64,000 nucleotides of DNA. Source: a phage. The stretch lies in sequence record PV636258.1; one strand, 5' to 3'. Below, piece by piece: positions 19,857-29,670 of the stretch. The stretch's first letter is position 1; each line of letters begins with the position of its first letter. Made by a program: the position numbers and the translations under genes. The notes under the pieces are model-generated. The model saw only the letters and a program-made list of their open reading frames with translations. It ran no database searches and was not told the DNA's origin.

Positions 19857-20644
19857 TCGCACCGGAAGTTGTCCGCAACAAACCCGAAACCGAACGCAAT
19901 CATGTCGTGACGGGTGTTGCAAAGGGTTGGCAAAAGACCAGCCTCAACCAAGATCCTGACGAGATCCTGACCGAATGTAAAGGTCTTGACGCTCTTCTCA
20001 CCAAGAGCAATTTACAAGCGGACGGTGTCACCAAAGTGGATCCCACCAAGCCTATCGGCTTTCAAGTATCTTATGAAATCCACGATCCGAATGCTATTTT
20101 AACCACCGGACTTGTGATTACTCCAGCTACAGCCAGCGGAGAGATCGGACAATTTGTTGAATTGCTAGCGACGGTATCCCCTGCCAATGCCACATATCAA
20201 GGCGTTAATTGGTATTCTGGTGATATTACGAAAGCTGTACATGTCGGTGGTGGTAAATTCAAATTGCTGGCTTCAGGAACTGTAACGGTTTATGGTGTCA
20301 CGGTTGAAGGGAATCACACAGATTCTACGGTTATTACAGTTGCAGGCGCTCTATCGCTGTCGACTGATTTACCTGCCACCAAAGACGTGACTTCTGGACA
20401 AGACGGAACCTTTAGTGTTGTTGCTGCGGGCGGTACAACTCCATACACTTATGTGTGGCATTTCTCTGATACTCCTGGGGGTGCGGGGTCAGTTATCGAT
20501 GCTGGCACTAATGCCACCGCCGCCACTGCTAACCTGGTTATCACAGCAGTTGAAGCCGCAAATGAAGGCGAATATTGGTGTGTTGTTTCTGATGCAGATG
20601 GCCATTCTGTCACGTCTACTCGTTGTGAAATGGCTGTGGTGTAA
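19835..20644 (+). CDS. Ig-like domain-containing protein (possible virion decoration protein)
   Basis: ATG 19835 after GGAGGAAACC; two Ig-like repeats (ATYQGVNWYSGDITKAV; TTPYTYVWHFSD...EGEYWCVVSDADG). Confidence 0.5.
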   Translation: MPTITVLVAPEVVRNKPETERNHVVTGVAKGWQKTSLNQDPDEILTECKGLDALLTKSNLQADGVTKVDPTKPIGFQVSYEIHDPNAILTTGLVITPATASGEIGQFVELLATVSPANATYQGVNWYSGDITKAVHVGGGKFKLLASGTVTVYGVTVEGNHTDSTVITVAGALSLSTDLPATKDVTSGQDGTFSVVAAGGTTPYTYVWHFSDTPGGAGSVIDAGTNATAATANLVITAVEAANEGEYWCVVSDADGHSVTSTRCEMAVV

Positions 20645-20647
20645 TTT

Positions 20648-20869
20648 ATGAAGAGCTTCCAGGATTTCCTTGAAGACTCTTCTGCTCCGGCAACCACGAC
20701 CGCCGATGTGGGGAAACCCGAAGGCGGTATGGTTAAGGAGCCTGTCAAAAAACCAAAAGATCTTGAAGAAGAGTCTGATTTTAAAAAGATCTTTGGCAGC
20801 ATTTTCAAAGATTTGGATTTATCCAAGGCGCGAAAATGGAATTTCAGGACAGGCCAATACGACGATTAA
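20648..20869 (+). CDS. small hypothetical protein
   Basis: 73-aa ORF followed by strong terminator. Confidence 0.35.
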   Translation: MKSFQDFLEDSSAPATTTADVGKPEGGMVKEPVKKPKDLEEESDFKKIFGSIFKDLDLSKARKWNFRTGQYDD

Positions 20870-20892
20870 AGAGGCTTCGGCCTCTTTTTCAT
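20868..20892 (+). terminator. intrinsic terminator
   Basis: AAAGAGGCTTCGGCCTCTTTTTC. Confidence 0.6.
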
Positions 20893-20956
20893 TTCCAGCA
20901 TTGGGTGTATAATGGACCCGTTCCCCATGAGCGGAACCTAACTGAGGATATACCAA

Positions 20957-21466
20957 ATGCAATCTATGATCAAACGTAAAATAGAAATCTCCATGAATGC
21001 CCATGTCGATATGATCCAGCAGCTTGTGGCAGATGCGTATGAGATACAAAAGGAACGTCAAATTAGGGGAGTGATAGACCCTATTTGCTCCGGCAACATG
21101 CTCTACTACAGAATGCTCCGCCAGACCGGACATACAGCCGCTCTGAAGAAACTACTTTCTAAAAAGTTTCAGGTCGAAAACGACGCATATGTGTTTGGCA
21201 TCTTCCATACTTCTCGTGAACGTGATGCATTCTTCTATCCTTCCCGCAACCCTCAGACGGGCGAAGAATTACTTATCCCTGATGTCGACAAGAAAGAGAG
21301 CACGACGACAATCACCCATTTCATGGGGACCAGGATCGATAAGGCTAACATAATCGTGTTCTCTGACACTCTACATGATGTAAAACGTTTAGCCGCTGCC
21401 CGTGAAATGTTGCAGGATGCTCGGACCAGTCTCACAAATTTGACTTTAGTAGTGTTTCTGGGCTAG
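20957..21466 (+). CDS. hypothetical protein
   Basis: 169-aa ORF. Confidence 0.4.
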   Translation: MQSMIKRKIEISMNAHVDMIQQLVADAYEIQKERQIRGVIDPICSGNMLYYRMLRQTGHTAALKKLLSKKFQVENDAYVFGIFHTSRERDAFFYPSRNPQTGEELLIPDVDKKESTTTITHFMGTRIDKANIIVFSDTLHDVKRLAAAREMLQDARTSLTNLTLVVFLG

Positions 21467-21513
21467 ATATCTGTGTGGGGAGAGAACTCCCCATTTTGAA
21501 TCGGAGGTGATTT

Positions 21514-21705
21514 ATGTTACGTTGCAAGAGAGGTTCCAACTCCTTTAAGTTGGGTATGCTGACTGGAGTAACGTTCATGATTGCTTTAGACAGCCTTGTG
21601 GGACTGCTTTCCCTTCCTGATTTCAGGATGGAACGATTCATATTGTTAGTTCTATTTGGCGGTGTCTCGGTTATTAGTGCTTTGAAAGCGTACAAAAAGA
21701 TCTGA
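21514..21705 (+). CDS. small membrane protein
   Basis: 63-aa ORF, two hydrophobic segments. Confidence 0.35.
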   Translation: MLRCKRGSNSFKLGMLTGVTFMIALDSLVGLLSLPDFRMERFILLVLFGGVSVISALKAYKKI

Positions 21706-21746
21706 TTTAACTCACACACAGCAATTTTGATTTGAGACCCTATATC

Positions 21747-22232
21747 ATGCTCCCATTACTCAATGTTCCAAAAGAACGTATGACGCCGGATAGTGAAGGC
21801 AAGACCCATTACAACATATACAGTCGAAGCCGCACAGAACTAGGCAGATTCCTTTCCCATTTTGCATACCATCCCATGGATACTGTTGATGGTAATTTCA
21901 ACTCAATAGAAGGCTACTGGTATTGGCTAAAATATCGCCACGACGACTTGCGTAGTCTTTATGGGAACGACGCCAAGCAATTTGGACAAACCCTGGCCAA
22001 GTCACGCATCGTTGTATTGTCCCCTGATGATCCCAAATTTAAACGAGACATTATCGCAGCAACGAGTCAAAAATTGCTGACAATGCCATCCAAGTTGAGA
22101 TTCCAATTGGCCCATAGCCGTCTCCCCCTGATTCACGCTTATGAACATCAGGGGAAATACAGTTTTCAAAACTCTATGGATTTTATCATACAGCATATTA
22201 ACCGCTTCCGTCTAGAAGGATATTTGAAATGA
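21747..22232 (+). CDS. NADAR-like (YbiA-type) domain protein
   Basis: ATG 21747; LSHFAYHPMDTVDGNFNSIEGYWYWLKY resembles NADAR core (FSNFxxxP...DG...TSEHYFQAQK); motif-level only. Confidence 0.4.
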   Translation: MLPLLNVPKERMTPDSEGKTHYNIYSRSRTELGRFLSHFAYHPMDTVDGNFNSIEGYWYWLKYRHDDLRSLYGNDAKQFGQTLAKSRIVVLSPDDPKFKRDIIAATSQKLLTMPSKLRFQLAHSRLPLIHAYEHQGKYSFQNSMDFIIQHINRFRLEGYLK

Positions 22233-22807
22233 ATTTTCTAAAAACTATCTTCAACACATCATATGAACTCAGCCAGCGCGATTCTAATCGTTCTCCTGTG
22301 TTTGTATATTGCAAACTCGTGGAAGAGTCTTGTGAACTATCAGATGTGCTTTATGGAATCGCTGCATCCGAACCCCTGAACGGTGAAGTGGCGGACGTTA
22401 TCATCTCGGCTCTGGATCTATTATATGTTGTGGATTATCAACAAGTTCAACAACATGGGTCTATGACCAAAGAAGAAATCTTTGACTCCATGTTGTTTGC
22501 TTTGGCTACAGCCAATCACACAACTGATCTCAGCCAACATACGTTGGAGGATTATTGGTTCTGCAGTGGTGTTGAAACTATAGACAAATATCTTGCGATG
22601 GTTAATCATTACAAAGGCCGCATCACTCGTTTACTGAACCAACCTCAACGTTCAGAAGATAATATGGTGGACCTGGTTTCAAATCTGATACGCAATACTG
22701 CCAAATTGGCGTGTGGATATAATCAAAACCATATCAACACGATCGTTAAAGTGGAACATGCCATAGAACACAAAGTGGAAAAATGGCGCACTAAATTTGG
22801 TCTATAA
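22229..22807 (+). CDS. MazG-like nucleoside triphosphate pyrophosphohydrolase
   Basis: EESCELSD and EVADVIISALDLLY acidic helix motifs typical of all-alpha NTP-PPase. Confidence 0.5.
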   Translation: MNFLKTIFNTSYELSQRDSNRSPVFVYCKLVEESCELSDVLYGIAASEPLNGEVADVIISALDLLYVVDYQQVQQHGSMTKEEIFDSMLFALATANHTTDLSQHTLEDYWFCSGVETIDKYLAMVNHYKGRITRLLNQPQRSEDNMVDLVSNLIRNTAKLACGYNQNHINTIVKVEHAIEHKVEKWRTKFGL

Positions 22808-22856
22808 GCCAACCCCATACATAATCTTGTGTGTTTACCATTGACGGGATAGGCCG

Positions 22857-24770
22857 ATGTCCAACAAAATTGATATTGAACGCAAATACAAAAAGCTCAC
22901 TCACATAGAGCATATCCTACTTCGCCCAGAGCGTCATCTGGGCAGTATTCGTTCGTCTGTGGGGACGGTGTGGGTGTATGACCCAACCAAAGACAAAGTC
23001 ATCTTTCGTGACAACTTTGAGTACTCCCCTGCGCTGATCAAACAGTTTGATGAAATCATCACCAACTGTGTTGACCACAGCAAGACCCCTGAGGGTAAAG
23101 GCTTGACGGAAATCACCGTCACGGTCTCTCCTATGAACGGTCAAATCATCGTTTCTGACAACGGGGGTATCCCTGTGGTCAAGCATGGCGTCACCAATGA
23201 GTGGCTCCCTGAGATGTTGTTTGGCTCGCTCTATGCGGGCAGCAACTTCAACGATGAGGACGAGGAGTACAACAACCAGAAGTCCGGCGGCCAGAACGGT
23301 GAAGGGGCTTCGCTCGTCAACGTGTTCTCAAAGTGGTTCCGCGTTGCTACCAGTGACGGCAAGAAGTCTTATACTCAGCTGTTTGAAGACAACATGAGCA
23401 AGAAGTCCAATCCGGTCATCGGCAATACACCGAAAGAGTTCGGCACCACTATTGCCTGGATCCCTGATTATGCGCGCCTGGGTGTTAAGGGGCTTGACCA
23501 GAACAACCTGCTCATGATTTACCGTCGTGCATTCGAAGTGGCGGCATGCAACCCGCGCCTGAAGGTTGTTCTCAACGGCAAGCAAATCCGCATTGATCGC
23601 TTTGGTCACTTCGTTGATTACTTCTACGCTGGCTCGGCTGTTGATGAAACGGATGATTGGTCTGTTGCTATCACTCCCTCATCTGGTGTGTTCATGCATG
23701 CGTCATACGTGAACTCAATCGCCACGCACATCGGTGGACCTCACGTTGATTATGTTGCTGACCAGATCGTGGCGGCGATACGCCCTCAGCTGGTTAAGAA
23801 GTTCAAGACCGAACTGAAGCCAGCGATGATCAAGAACCACATGTCATTGTTCATCGCCGCCGACATCAACAACCCTCGCTTTGACAGCCAGACCAAGGAG
23901 CGCATGACGACTCCTGTGAGCCAGTTTGGTACGTCCTACAAGCCCAGCGATAAACTGATTCGCAAGGCGCTTGAGTTCGTGACAGCAGGGCTGAGTAAAG
24001 AACTGGCTTCATTACGCAATGAACAAGAAGATGCCGAATTTGAAAAGGCGAAGAAGGATATCAGCAAACGGGATTATCGTGAGATTGAGAAGTATTATCC
24101 GGCGACCGCCAGAGGCGACCGCAGTGGGTGTTCTCTGCTACTGACAGAAGGTGATAGCGCATCCAACCCTATCCTGAACGCTCGTGATACCAAGAAAATT
24201 GGTTTGTTCCCGCTTCGTGGTAAGTTCATCAACTGCCTGAACGCCCCGCGCTCAAAGGTGATGGCGAACGAAGAATTCAAGAATTTATGCACCATTCACG
24301 GCGGTGCTGTGCCAGGCCAGCCGCTTGATATCAGTCGCTATCCACAGACCGTCGTGGCAACAGACGCGGATGACGACGGCATTCATATCCGTGGGTTGTT
24401 AATAACTCTGTATTGTACGTTCTGGCCTGAATACGTTCGTCAGGGTAGGCTGAAGCTCCTTCGTACTCCATACATGCGCGTGTGGTGTGGTAATATAATG
24501 CACGAATTCATGAACAATGCCGAATATGAGGAGTTCCTGAAGACACCTGACGCCAAGAAGATCACGAAGAAGAAATATCTGAAAGGTCTTGGCGGTAACA
24601 GCACTGAAGACTTCAAGCGTATTCTAAACAACCTGGATGCGTATACTACGACGGTCACGCTGGACGATGGATACAAGCAGTCACTGAAGAATGGCTTCGG
24701 TGATGAGGCTGCTGATTACCGCAAAACCTGGTTTAGCGATGTTTGCCTATTTGAAACCGAGGATGAATAA
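22857..24770 (+). CDS. 39: DNA topoisomerase II large subunit (GyrB-like; gp39 with gp60-equivalent region in one frame)
   Basis: 637 aa; N-terminal HIEHILLRPERHLGS, TOPRIM region LLLTEGDSASNPI and DADDDGIHIRGLL; contiguous ORF, no bypass element. Confidence 0.9.
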   Translation: MSNKIDIERKYKKLTHIEHILLRPERHLGSIRSSVGTVWVYDPTKDKVIFRDNFEYSPALIKQFDEIITNCVDHSKTPEGKGLTEITVTVSPMNGQIIVSDNGGIPVVKHGVTNEWLPEMLFGSLYAGSNFNDEDEEYNNQKSGGQNGEGASLVNVFSKWFRVATSDGKKSYTQLFEDNMSKKSNPVIGNTPKEFGTTIAWIPDYARLGVKGLDQNNLLMIYRRAFEVAACNPRLKVVLNGKQIRIDRFGHFVDYFYAGSAVDETDDWSVAITPSSGVFMHASYVNSIATHIGGPHVDYVADQIVAAIRPQLVKKFKTELKPAMIKNHMSLFIAADINNPRFDSQTKERMTTPVSQFGTSYKPSDKLIRKALEFVTAGLSKELASLRNEQEDAEFEKAKKDISKRDYREIEKYYPATARGDRSGCSLLLTEGDSASNPILNARDTKKIGLFPLRGKFINCLNAPRSKVMANEEFKNLCTIHGGAVPGQPLDISRYPQTVVATDADDDGIHIRGLLITLYCTFWPEYVRQGRLKLLRTPYMRVWCGNIMHEFMNNAEYEEFLKTPDAKKITKKKYLKGLGGNSTEDFKRILNNLDAYTTTVTLDDGYKQSLKNGFGDEAADYRKTWFSDVCLFETEDE

Positions 24771-24771
24771 G

Positions 24772-26103
24772 ATGGTTGCTAAAAGTATTACCGTAACAGA
24801 ATTTATCAACGGGGATCATAAAGAGTTTTCCGTGGTTAACAGCATCCGTCAAATCCCTCAGCTGATTGACAGCCTGAAGCCAAGCCAGCGCAAGATACTC
24901 TTTGCTGCTCTTGAATACAACAAGGAGGAGATTGTTGACCGCCTTGGCATGTTCGCCGCCGCTCGCACGAATTACAAATCCGGTGGTGAGAACATGAGCG
25001 GTACGATCGTGAACATGGCTCAGGGGTTCCCAGGTACGAATAACATCCCATACTTTGACCGCGACGGACAGTTTGGTTCAATCATGGGGCGCGAAGCGTC
25101 TTCCGCTCGTTATATTTCAGTGGCAGTGTCTGAAGTTATCCGTAAAATCTTCCGAAAGGAGGACGATGGGATATTGGAATACAATTATCTTGGGGAAGAG
25201 AAACTGGAGCCGAAATTCTTTTTACCCATCCTGCCCATGTTTCTCGTGAATGGTATAAATGGTATCGGCTCGGGTTATGCCACCGACACCCCATGTCACT
25301 GCGTTAAGTCCGTGCTCAGTGCCCTGAGAGCACTTCTCCGTGGCGAAGACCCGAAGGACTTAAAACCGTACTGGAATGGTTTCAAAGGAGAGACAGGCTA
25401 TACTGAGGAAGGAAGAGCATACAGTCGTGGTTTGTTCACCCGCGTCAATGCAACCACTCTGAACATCACCGAGGTTCCTATTGGTTGGTTCTCTAAAACC
25501 TATGAGACCAAAGTGTTGTTGCCGTTGTACAAATCCGGCATACTCACTGAATATGCTAACGATACGACCGAAGATGGTTGGGATATCACTGTTGTATTCA
25601 AGCGGGGTGAATTGTCTAAGTTGGATGACGAACAGGTTGAACAGATGTTCCGTCTTTACTCAGCTAATAAGCCCGTGTGGACAGCTTGGGATGAAGATGG
25701 TGTTATTCACCGTTACGATGGTTGGAAAGACATGTTGCTTCCATTTTTCAATTATCGCCTGAGTCGCTATGAAGATAGACGTCAGTATCTTATCAAGGAA
25801 TTGACCGACAAAATACACCGTTTGAACAATCGTGCCATATTCATTGGGTGGGCTGTCATTACAGATATGCGCCGGAGCCTCACGGAACTGAAAGCGTTAT
25901 TCCAGACAGACTATCCTGATTTTGATGGCGATCTCGATGATTTATTCAAGATGTCTTTATCATCAATTACACTAGATGCCCATGAACGTTTGTTGAACCA
26001 GATAAAGAATTTAGAAGTTCAACGAGAAGAATTAAATAATAAGCAAGACATCGATCTTTATACTGAAGATTTAGATGATCTTGAAAAGGCATTGGGCCTA
26101 TAA
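24772..26103 (+). CDS. 52: DNA topoisomerase II medium subunit (GyrA-like, gp52)
   Basis: ATG 24772 2 nt after upstream stop; GyrA-like N-terminus with PSQRKILFAALE; active-site Tyr region present. Confidence 0.85.
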   Translation: MVAKSITVTEFINGDHKEFSVVNSIRQIPQLIDSLKPSQRKILFAALEYNKEEIVDRLGMFAAARTNYKSGGENMSGTIVNMAQGFPGTNNIPYFDRDGQFGSIMGREASSARYISVAVSEVIRKIFRKEDDGILEYNYLGEEKLEPKFFLPILPMFLVNGINGIGSGYATDTPCHCVKSVLSALRALLRGEDPKDLKPYWNGFKGETGYTEEGRAYSRGLFTRVNATTLNITEVPIGWFSKTYETKVLLPLYKSGILTEYANDTTEDGWDITVVFKRGELSKLDDEQVEQMFRLYSANKPVWTAWDEDGVIHRYDGWKDMLLPFFNYRLSRYEDRRQYLIKELTDKIHRLNNRAIFIGWAVITDMRRSLTELKALFQTDYPDFDGDLDDLFKMSLSSITLDAHERLLNQIKNLEVQREELNNKQDIDLYTEDLDDLEKALGL

Positions 26104-26146
26104 ATCTGGAGGGTGAAATTCCCTCCAAACAAGCGAGGGGTTCACC

Positions 26147-26425
26147 ATGTTTGTATATTTCCGCAGTCTCTCATTGCTGGCTTTCTTCTATTGGTTGTTC
26201 GATATCTTATGCCCTCGTTTTATTAAAGAGGAAGTTGCTTTTGTCAATCATGAAGGCCAACAAGATTTATGGATACCTCTTTGCGCTCTTTCTGATGTAA
26301 CCGAATCGGATGAAGTGGGTATGGTTGGCACCATGCGTTCATTTAATTTATTTGGATTCGCATTATTCCCTAAGTTAATTGGAGAATTACGCCCATACAA
26401 TCCTGATATAGAAGTGGAGGCGTGA
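26147..26425 (+). CDS. hypothetical protein
   Basis: 92-aa ORF with hydrophobic N-terminus. Confidence 0.35.
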   Translation: MFVYFRSLSLLAFFYWLFDILCPRFIKEEVAFVNHEGQQDLWIPLCALSDVTESDEVGMVGTMRSFNLFGFALFPKLIGELRPYNPDIEVEA

Positions 26426-26426
26426 T

Positions 26427-26738
26427 ATGTCAAAATTATTGACTCCAAAATTATTATCAATGGGTGGTTCCATATATTTTCATTGTCCTGGATGTAATAT
26501 GCTTCATCCTTATCGCATTTCAGGGCAAATGCCTGGCCCAATATGGCAATGGAATCACGATCTCGAATCACCGACTTTCACTCCTAGTCTGTTGGTGAAT
26601 CATTCTGATCCAAATAACCGTTGCCATTTATTTTTGACAGATGGTAAATTACAATTCCTCGGAGATTGTTTCCACGAATTAAAGAATCAAACCGTGGAGA
26701 TGGTCGATATTCCTGAACCTGAAATATGGATAGATTAG
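26427..26738 (+). CDS. hypothetical Cys/His-motif protein
   Basis: HCPGCNMLHPY ... RCHLF ... GDCFHEL motifs suggest metal binding. Confidence 0.4.
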   Translation: MSKLLTPKLLSMGGSIYFHCPGCNMLHPYRISGQMPGPIWQWNHDLESPTFTPSLLVNHSDPNNRCHLFLTDGKLQFLGDCFHELKNQTVEMVDIPEPEIWID

Positions 26739-26741
26739 ATT

Positions 26742-27155
26742 ATGAAATTACTTGGATATTTTCGTTCTTTGCCTACTGGATCTCCTAATGGGTGTCAATT
26801 ATACTCTGAAGTGAAAGGGGACGTGGACGACACTCACATCGCCTTGTATGCTCGTGATATACCTGACCCAACCAAGTTTGATCGGCGTGTTGTGGCTGCT
26901 GCCAACAAATATGGTGATGTGATCGTTGTAAGCGCCCGACATCACGACAAATTGATGAACACGCAACTCAAACGATTGAAGGAAGCAGGTATTATCGAAA
27001 CCACCCACACTCGTGAACAAGGGTTTATTGATAACTATGGGCAATGGATGTCCCGTGAAGAGGCCGCTGTGGTCGCCCGTGAAGCCGGACAAACTAATCA
27101 GGTCCGTTTGAAGAACACTCCTTTCAAAGAACTCTTTTCCGAAGACCTCTATTGA
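26742..27155 (+). CDS. hypothetical protein
   Basis: 137-aa ORF. Confidence 0.4.
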   Translation: MKLLGYFRSLPTGSPNGCQLYSEVKGDVDDTHIALYARDIPDPTKFDRRVVAAANKYGDVIVVSARHHDKLMNTQLKRLKEAGIIETTHTREQGFIDNYGQWMSREEAAVVAREAGQTNQVRLKNTPFKELFSEDLY

Positions 27156-27204
27156 ATAAATTGGCGGTATAATTGCCGCCTAACCCCATAATGAGACAAA
27201 TAAC

Positions 27205-27429
27205 ATGGCAAATGAAATTGGTGATATTGCCCAGTTCCGTGCTATTTCACGCCGCCTGAAATCGTATGGACTCGTTATCGAAGAAATAGATGAAGACGTT
27301 CAGGGTGTATTGGAAGGGATGTTTGGGAGTACCGTTGGAACGGAATTATTTGAACTTTTAAAGATGGCAGCTGATAACCAATTTGTTGAATATATTTCTG
27401 AACACGCTATTGATGGTCTGAATAAATGA
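27205..27429 (+). CDS. hypothetical protein
   Basis: 74-aa acidic ORF. Confidence 0.35.
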   Translation: MANEIGDIAQFRAISRRLKSYGLVIEEIDEDVQGVLEGMFGSTVGTELFELLKMAADNQFVEYISEHAIDGLNK

Positions 27430-27662
27430 ACGAGTTATATGAATTTGAACGCGTGTATGAGTCCGCTTCAGTTTCAGGATACATGAAACGATTATATCAA
27501 GAAATCTGTGTTCGTTTGATGATGCGAGGAATATCTGTCAATTGTGTTATGGCACAGACAGACAGTTTTATTATGACACTCACTGACCATCGCCAGAATA
27601 TGTGTATCATCCAGGTTAGCTGTGTCAACAACGAAATTATACAATGGAGACGTTACGCATGA
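27426..27662 (+). CDS. hypothetical protein
   Basis: 78-aa ORF. Confidence 0.35.
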   Translation: MNELYEFERVYESASVSGYMKRLYQEICVRLMMRGISVNCVMAQTDSFIMTLTDHRQNMCIIQVSCVNNEIIQWRRYA

Positions 27663-28264
27663 CCACATATGTTATCACAAACGGCGATTTACTGAAAGCC
27701 GCTACGAGTTTTAATCTCATCAATGCTTTCGCTCATGGCGCAAATTGTTGGTCTGTGATGGGCGCAGGTATCGCCAACCATGTTCGATTGGATTTCCCAG
27801 AAATTTACCGCGCCGACCAATTAGATGAACGTGGTCCGGAACAACGTTTGGGGAACATGTCCTATGCGTTTGATCATGACACTGGTGTCTGGGGATTCAA
27901 TTTGTATACTCAGTTCTACCCTGGTCCTAACGCACGCATGCCTTCCATTATCAGTTCAGTTCAGATTATGTTTGAACAAGTTCACGATATCATTGAGGCA
28001 AAAACTGACGAAACAGTCTATGTCGGTTTACCCGCCATCGGCTGTGGTATCGGTGGTTTGAAACTGTTTCATGTAGTGAGCCAGATTAATAAAATCGCGG
28101 ATACTATCTTCGAAGATACCAGGCGTCGTGTAGTACCCGTCTTTTATATCCGACAGGGTGACGGGTTTGAACAAGATTTACAAGAACTTTCCCAGATGGT
28201 GGACTACGGAATCTCTGTCGTCGCTAGTGAAGAAGATATCATCGAAGAGGAAGGTATTGGATGA
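27659..28264 (+). CDS. macro domain protein (ADP-ribose binding/hydrolase-like)
   Basis: ATG 27659 after GGAGA; NAFAHGANCWSVMGAGIANHV resembles macro-domain NAAN...GGGV...AI motif. Confidence 0.5.
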   Translation: MTTYVITNGDLLKAATSFNLINAFAHGANCWSVMGAGIANHVRLDFPEIYRADQLDERGPEQRLGNMSYAFDHDTGVWGFNLYTQFYPGPNARMPSIISSVQIMFEQVHDIIEAKTDETVYVGLPAIGCGIGGLKLFHVVSQINKIADTIFEDTRRRVVPVFYIRQGDGFEQDLQELSQMVDYGISVVASEEDIIEEEGIG

Positions 28265-28605
28265 AGCGTGAAATAACAGAAGAGATGCTCGCCAAAGCCG
28301 TTCTTCATCCCAAGGTGCGTTTTGCATTTATCCCTACACGTTTACACGATGGAAATTGGGTATGGCTGGAGCATTATGTTCGCGCTCCTATCGGCCTATA
28401 TGCCCAACTCCGTTATGGCGGCGAAGTCGAGTTAAAACAATATCGCGTCGGCGGGGGATTAGGCGGGTTGGATGACGGGGAATATTTCCCACATCGCAAT
28501 TTCGCCATGAACGATAATTCATATTTCAAAGTCGAGTATGCCGCCGCTTGTGGGACATATCCTTTGAAACTCCTTTTAGAGAAAGCAGGGGAAACTGATG
28601 TATAA
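28261..28605 (+). CDS. hypothetical protein
   Basis: 114-aa ORF, start overlaps upstream stop. Confidence 0.4.
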   Translation: MKREITEEMLAKAVLHPKVRFAFIPTRLHDGNWVWLEHYVRAPIGLYAQLRYGGEVELKQYRVGGGLGGLDDGEYFPHRNFAMNDNSYFKVEYAAACGTYPLKLLLEKAGETDV

Positions 28606-29230
28606 ATCTAATTTCTTGGCCGTCGCTGATAGCGAAACTCTCGGTCGTTGGGATGATGCTGTCATGTTGTCTTGGGCACAGACTATCGCCGACCTGACTA
28701 AGCGTTATACTCTTCAGCAGCTTGTTGAAGAGCGCACGACATTTATTAAACTGAATGTCAAAGAACAGATTGAACTTGGCCGTGTGAAAGACCAGGGCAC
28801 TGTGGAATGGTGGCTGGGTACAGGTAAACGCAACCCGTGCGACGCCGCCCGAGCTATCAGTCTATATCCGACCGACAAGGATATTTCTATTTTCGAATTG
28901 GCCGATGAAATTCGCAAGGGATGCCATCGCCTTGGGATCGACCCGCGCTCGGTTGACTGGTGTGATAGGAATCTGTTTGACCTCCGCAAGGCCCAGCACA
29001 TCATTGAGGTGACGTGTAAGCAAGATTCCAACGAACCTTGGGACTATCACCACACATTTGACATCGTAAGCTGGCTGAAGGGTGTTGGGCAGCAGGATCG
29101 ATATGCTGGTATCAAGGCGTGGGAACTGGAAGGCATGATCTATCATGACCCTCGTTATGATGCGGCGCTTGACTGGCTACGCATTCAGAAAACCATGGAA
29201 GACCTGATGGGGCTGAAGGTAGAAGGATGA
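28598..29230 (+). CDS. DEDDh-type 3'-5' exonuclease (DexA/oligoribonuclease-like)
   Basis: Exo I FLAVADSETLG (DxE) near N-terminus and Exo III YHDPRYDAALD (H-x4-D). Confidence 0.55.
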   Translation: MYKSNFLAVADSETLGRWDDAVMLSWAQTIADLTKRYTLQQLVEERTTFIKLNVKEQIELGRVKDQGTVEWWLGTGKRNPCDAARAISLYPTDKDISIFELADEIRKGCHRLGIDPRSVDWCDRNLFDLRKAQHIIEVTCKQDSNEPWDYHHTFDIVSWLKGVGQQDRYAGIKAWELEGMIYHDPRYDAALDWLRIQKTMEDLMGLKVEG

Positions 29231-29307
29231 ATCTTTCCTTGTTTTCATGGTTGTTTACAATCATAGTTTTCTTCATAGTCTGTGTTCAATATTTTGGAGG
29301 TTCTTAA

Positions 29308-29598
29308 ATGTTCTTTCAAATTGTCGGGGTGATCACGACCATTGTTTTTGTTGTCATAACGCTTTGGATATTGTATTCTTCATTTATCCATCCGATTTTT
29401 CAGGCTCTCAGTATTACACGTTGGCTCACAGCGTGTTCTTTGAAATCTGGAAGCGAATGTCCTTCTTTATCGTCCAAATGGAAATTCTTCAAATGGGCGT
29501 ATGAAGTCGGAGGAGTCCGAACAACCAGATATTCAAATAATGTAGGGGAATGGTTTAGCATCGGCAATTGGCGTTTGTACGAATCTGAAGACAAATAA
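29308..29598 (+). CDS. small membrane protein
   Basis: 96-aa ORF, hydrophobic N-terminal half. Confidence 0.4.
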   Translation: MFFQIVGVITTIVFVVITLWILYSSFIHPIFQALSITRWLTACSLKSGSECPSLSSKWKFFKWAYEVGGVRTTRYSNNVGEWFSIGNWRLYESEDK

Positions 29599-29629
29599 GC
29601 CCCGAAAGGGGCTTTTCTATTTGTATAAT
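29597..29629 (+). promoter_or_regulatory. terminator hairpin followed by extended -10 (TGTATAAT)
   Basis: AAGCCCCGAAAGGGGCTTTTCT hairpin 29597-29616, then TGTATAAT at 29622-29629 upstream of gene at 29671. Confidence 0.5.
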
Positions 29630-29670
29630 GTATTATCATTGTACCATCATATCTTTATGGCACACAACAA

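Noticed and set aside
27151-27180. Reading the TTGAAT ... TATAAT hairpin as a sigma70 promoter
   Set aside because: Spacing between the putative -35 and -10 is only about 10 nt here, so a promoter is not supported at this copy; kept only as a member of the recurrent hairpin family.
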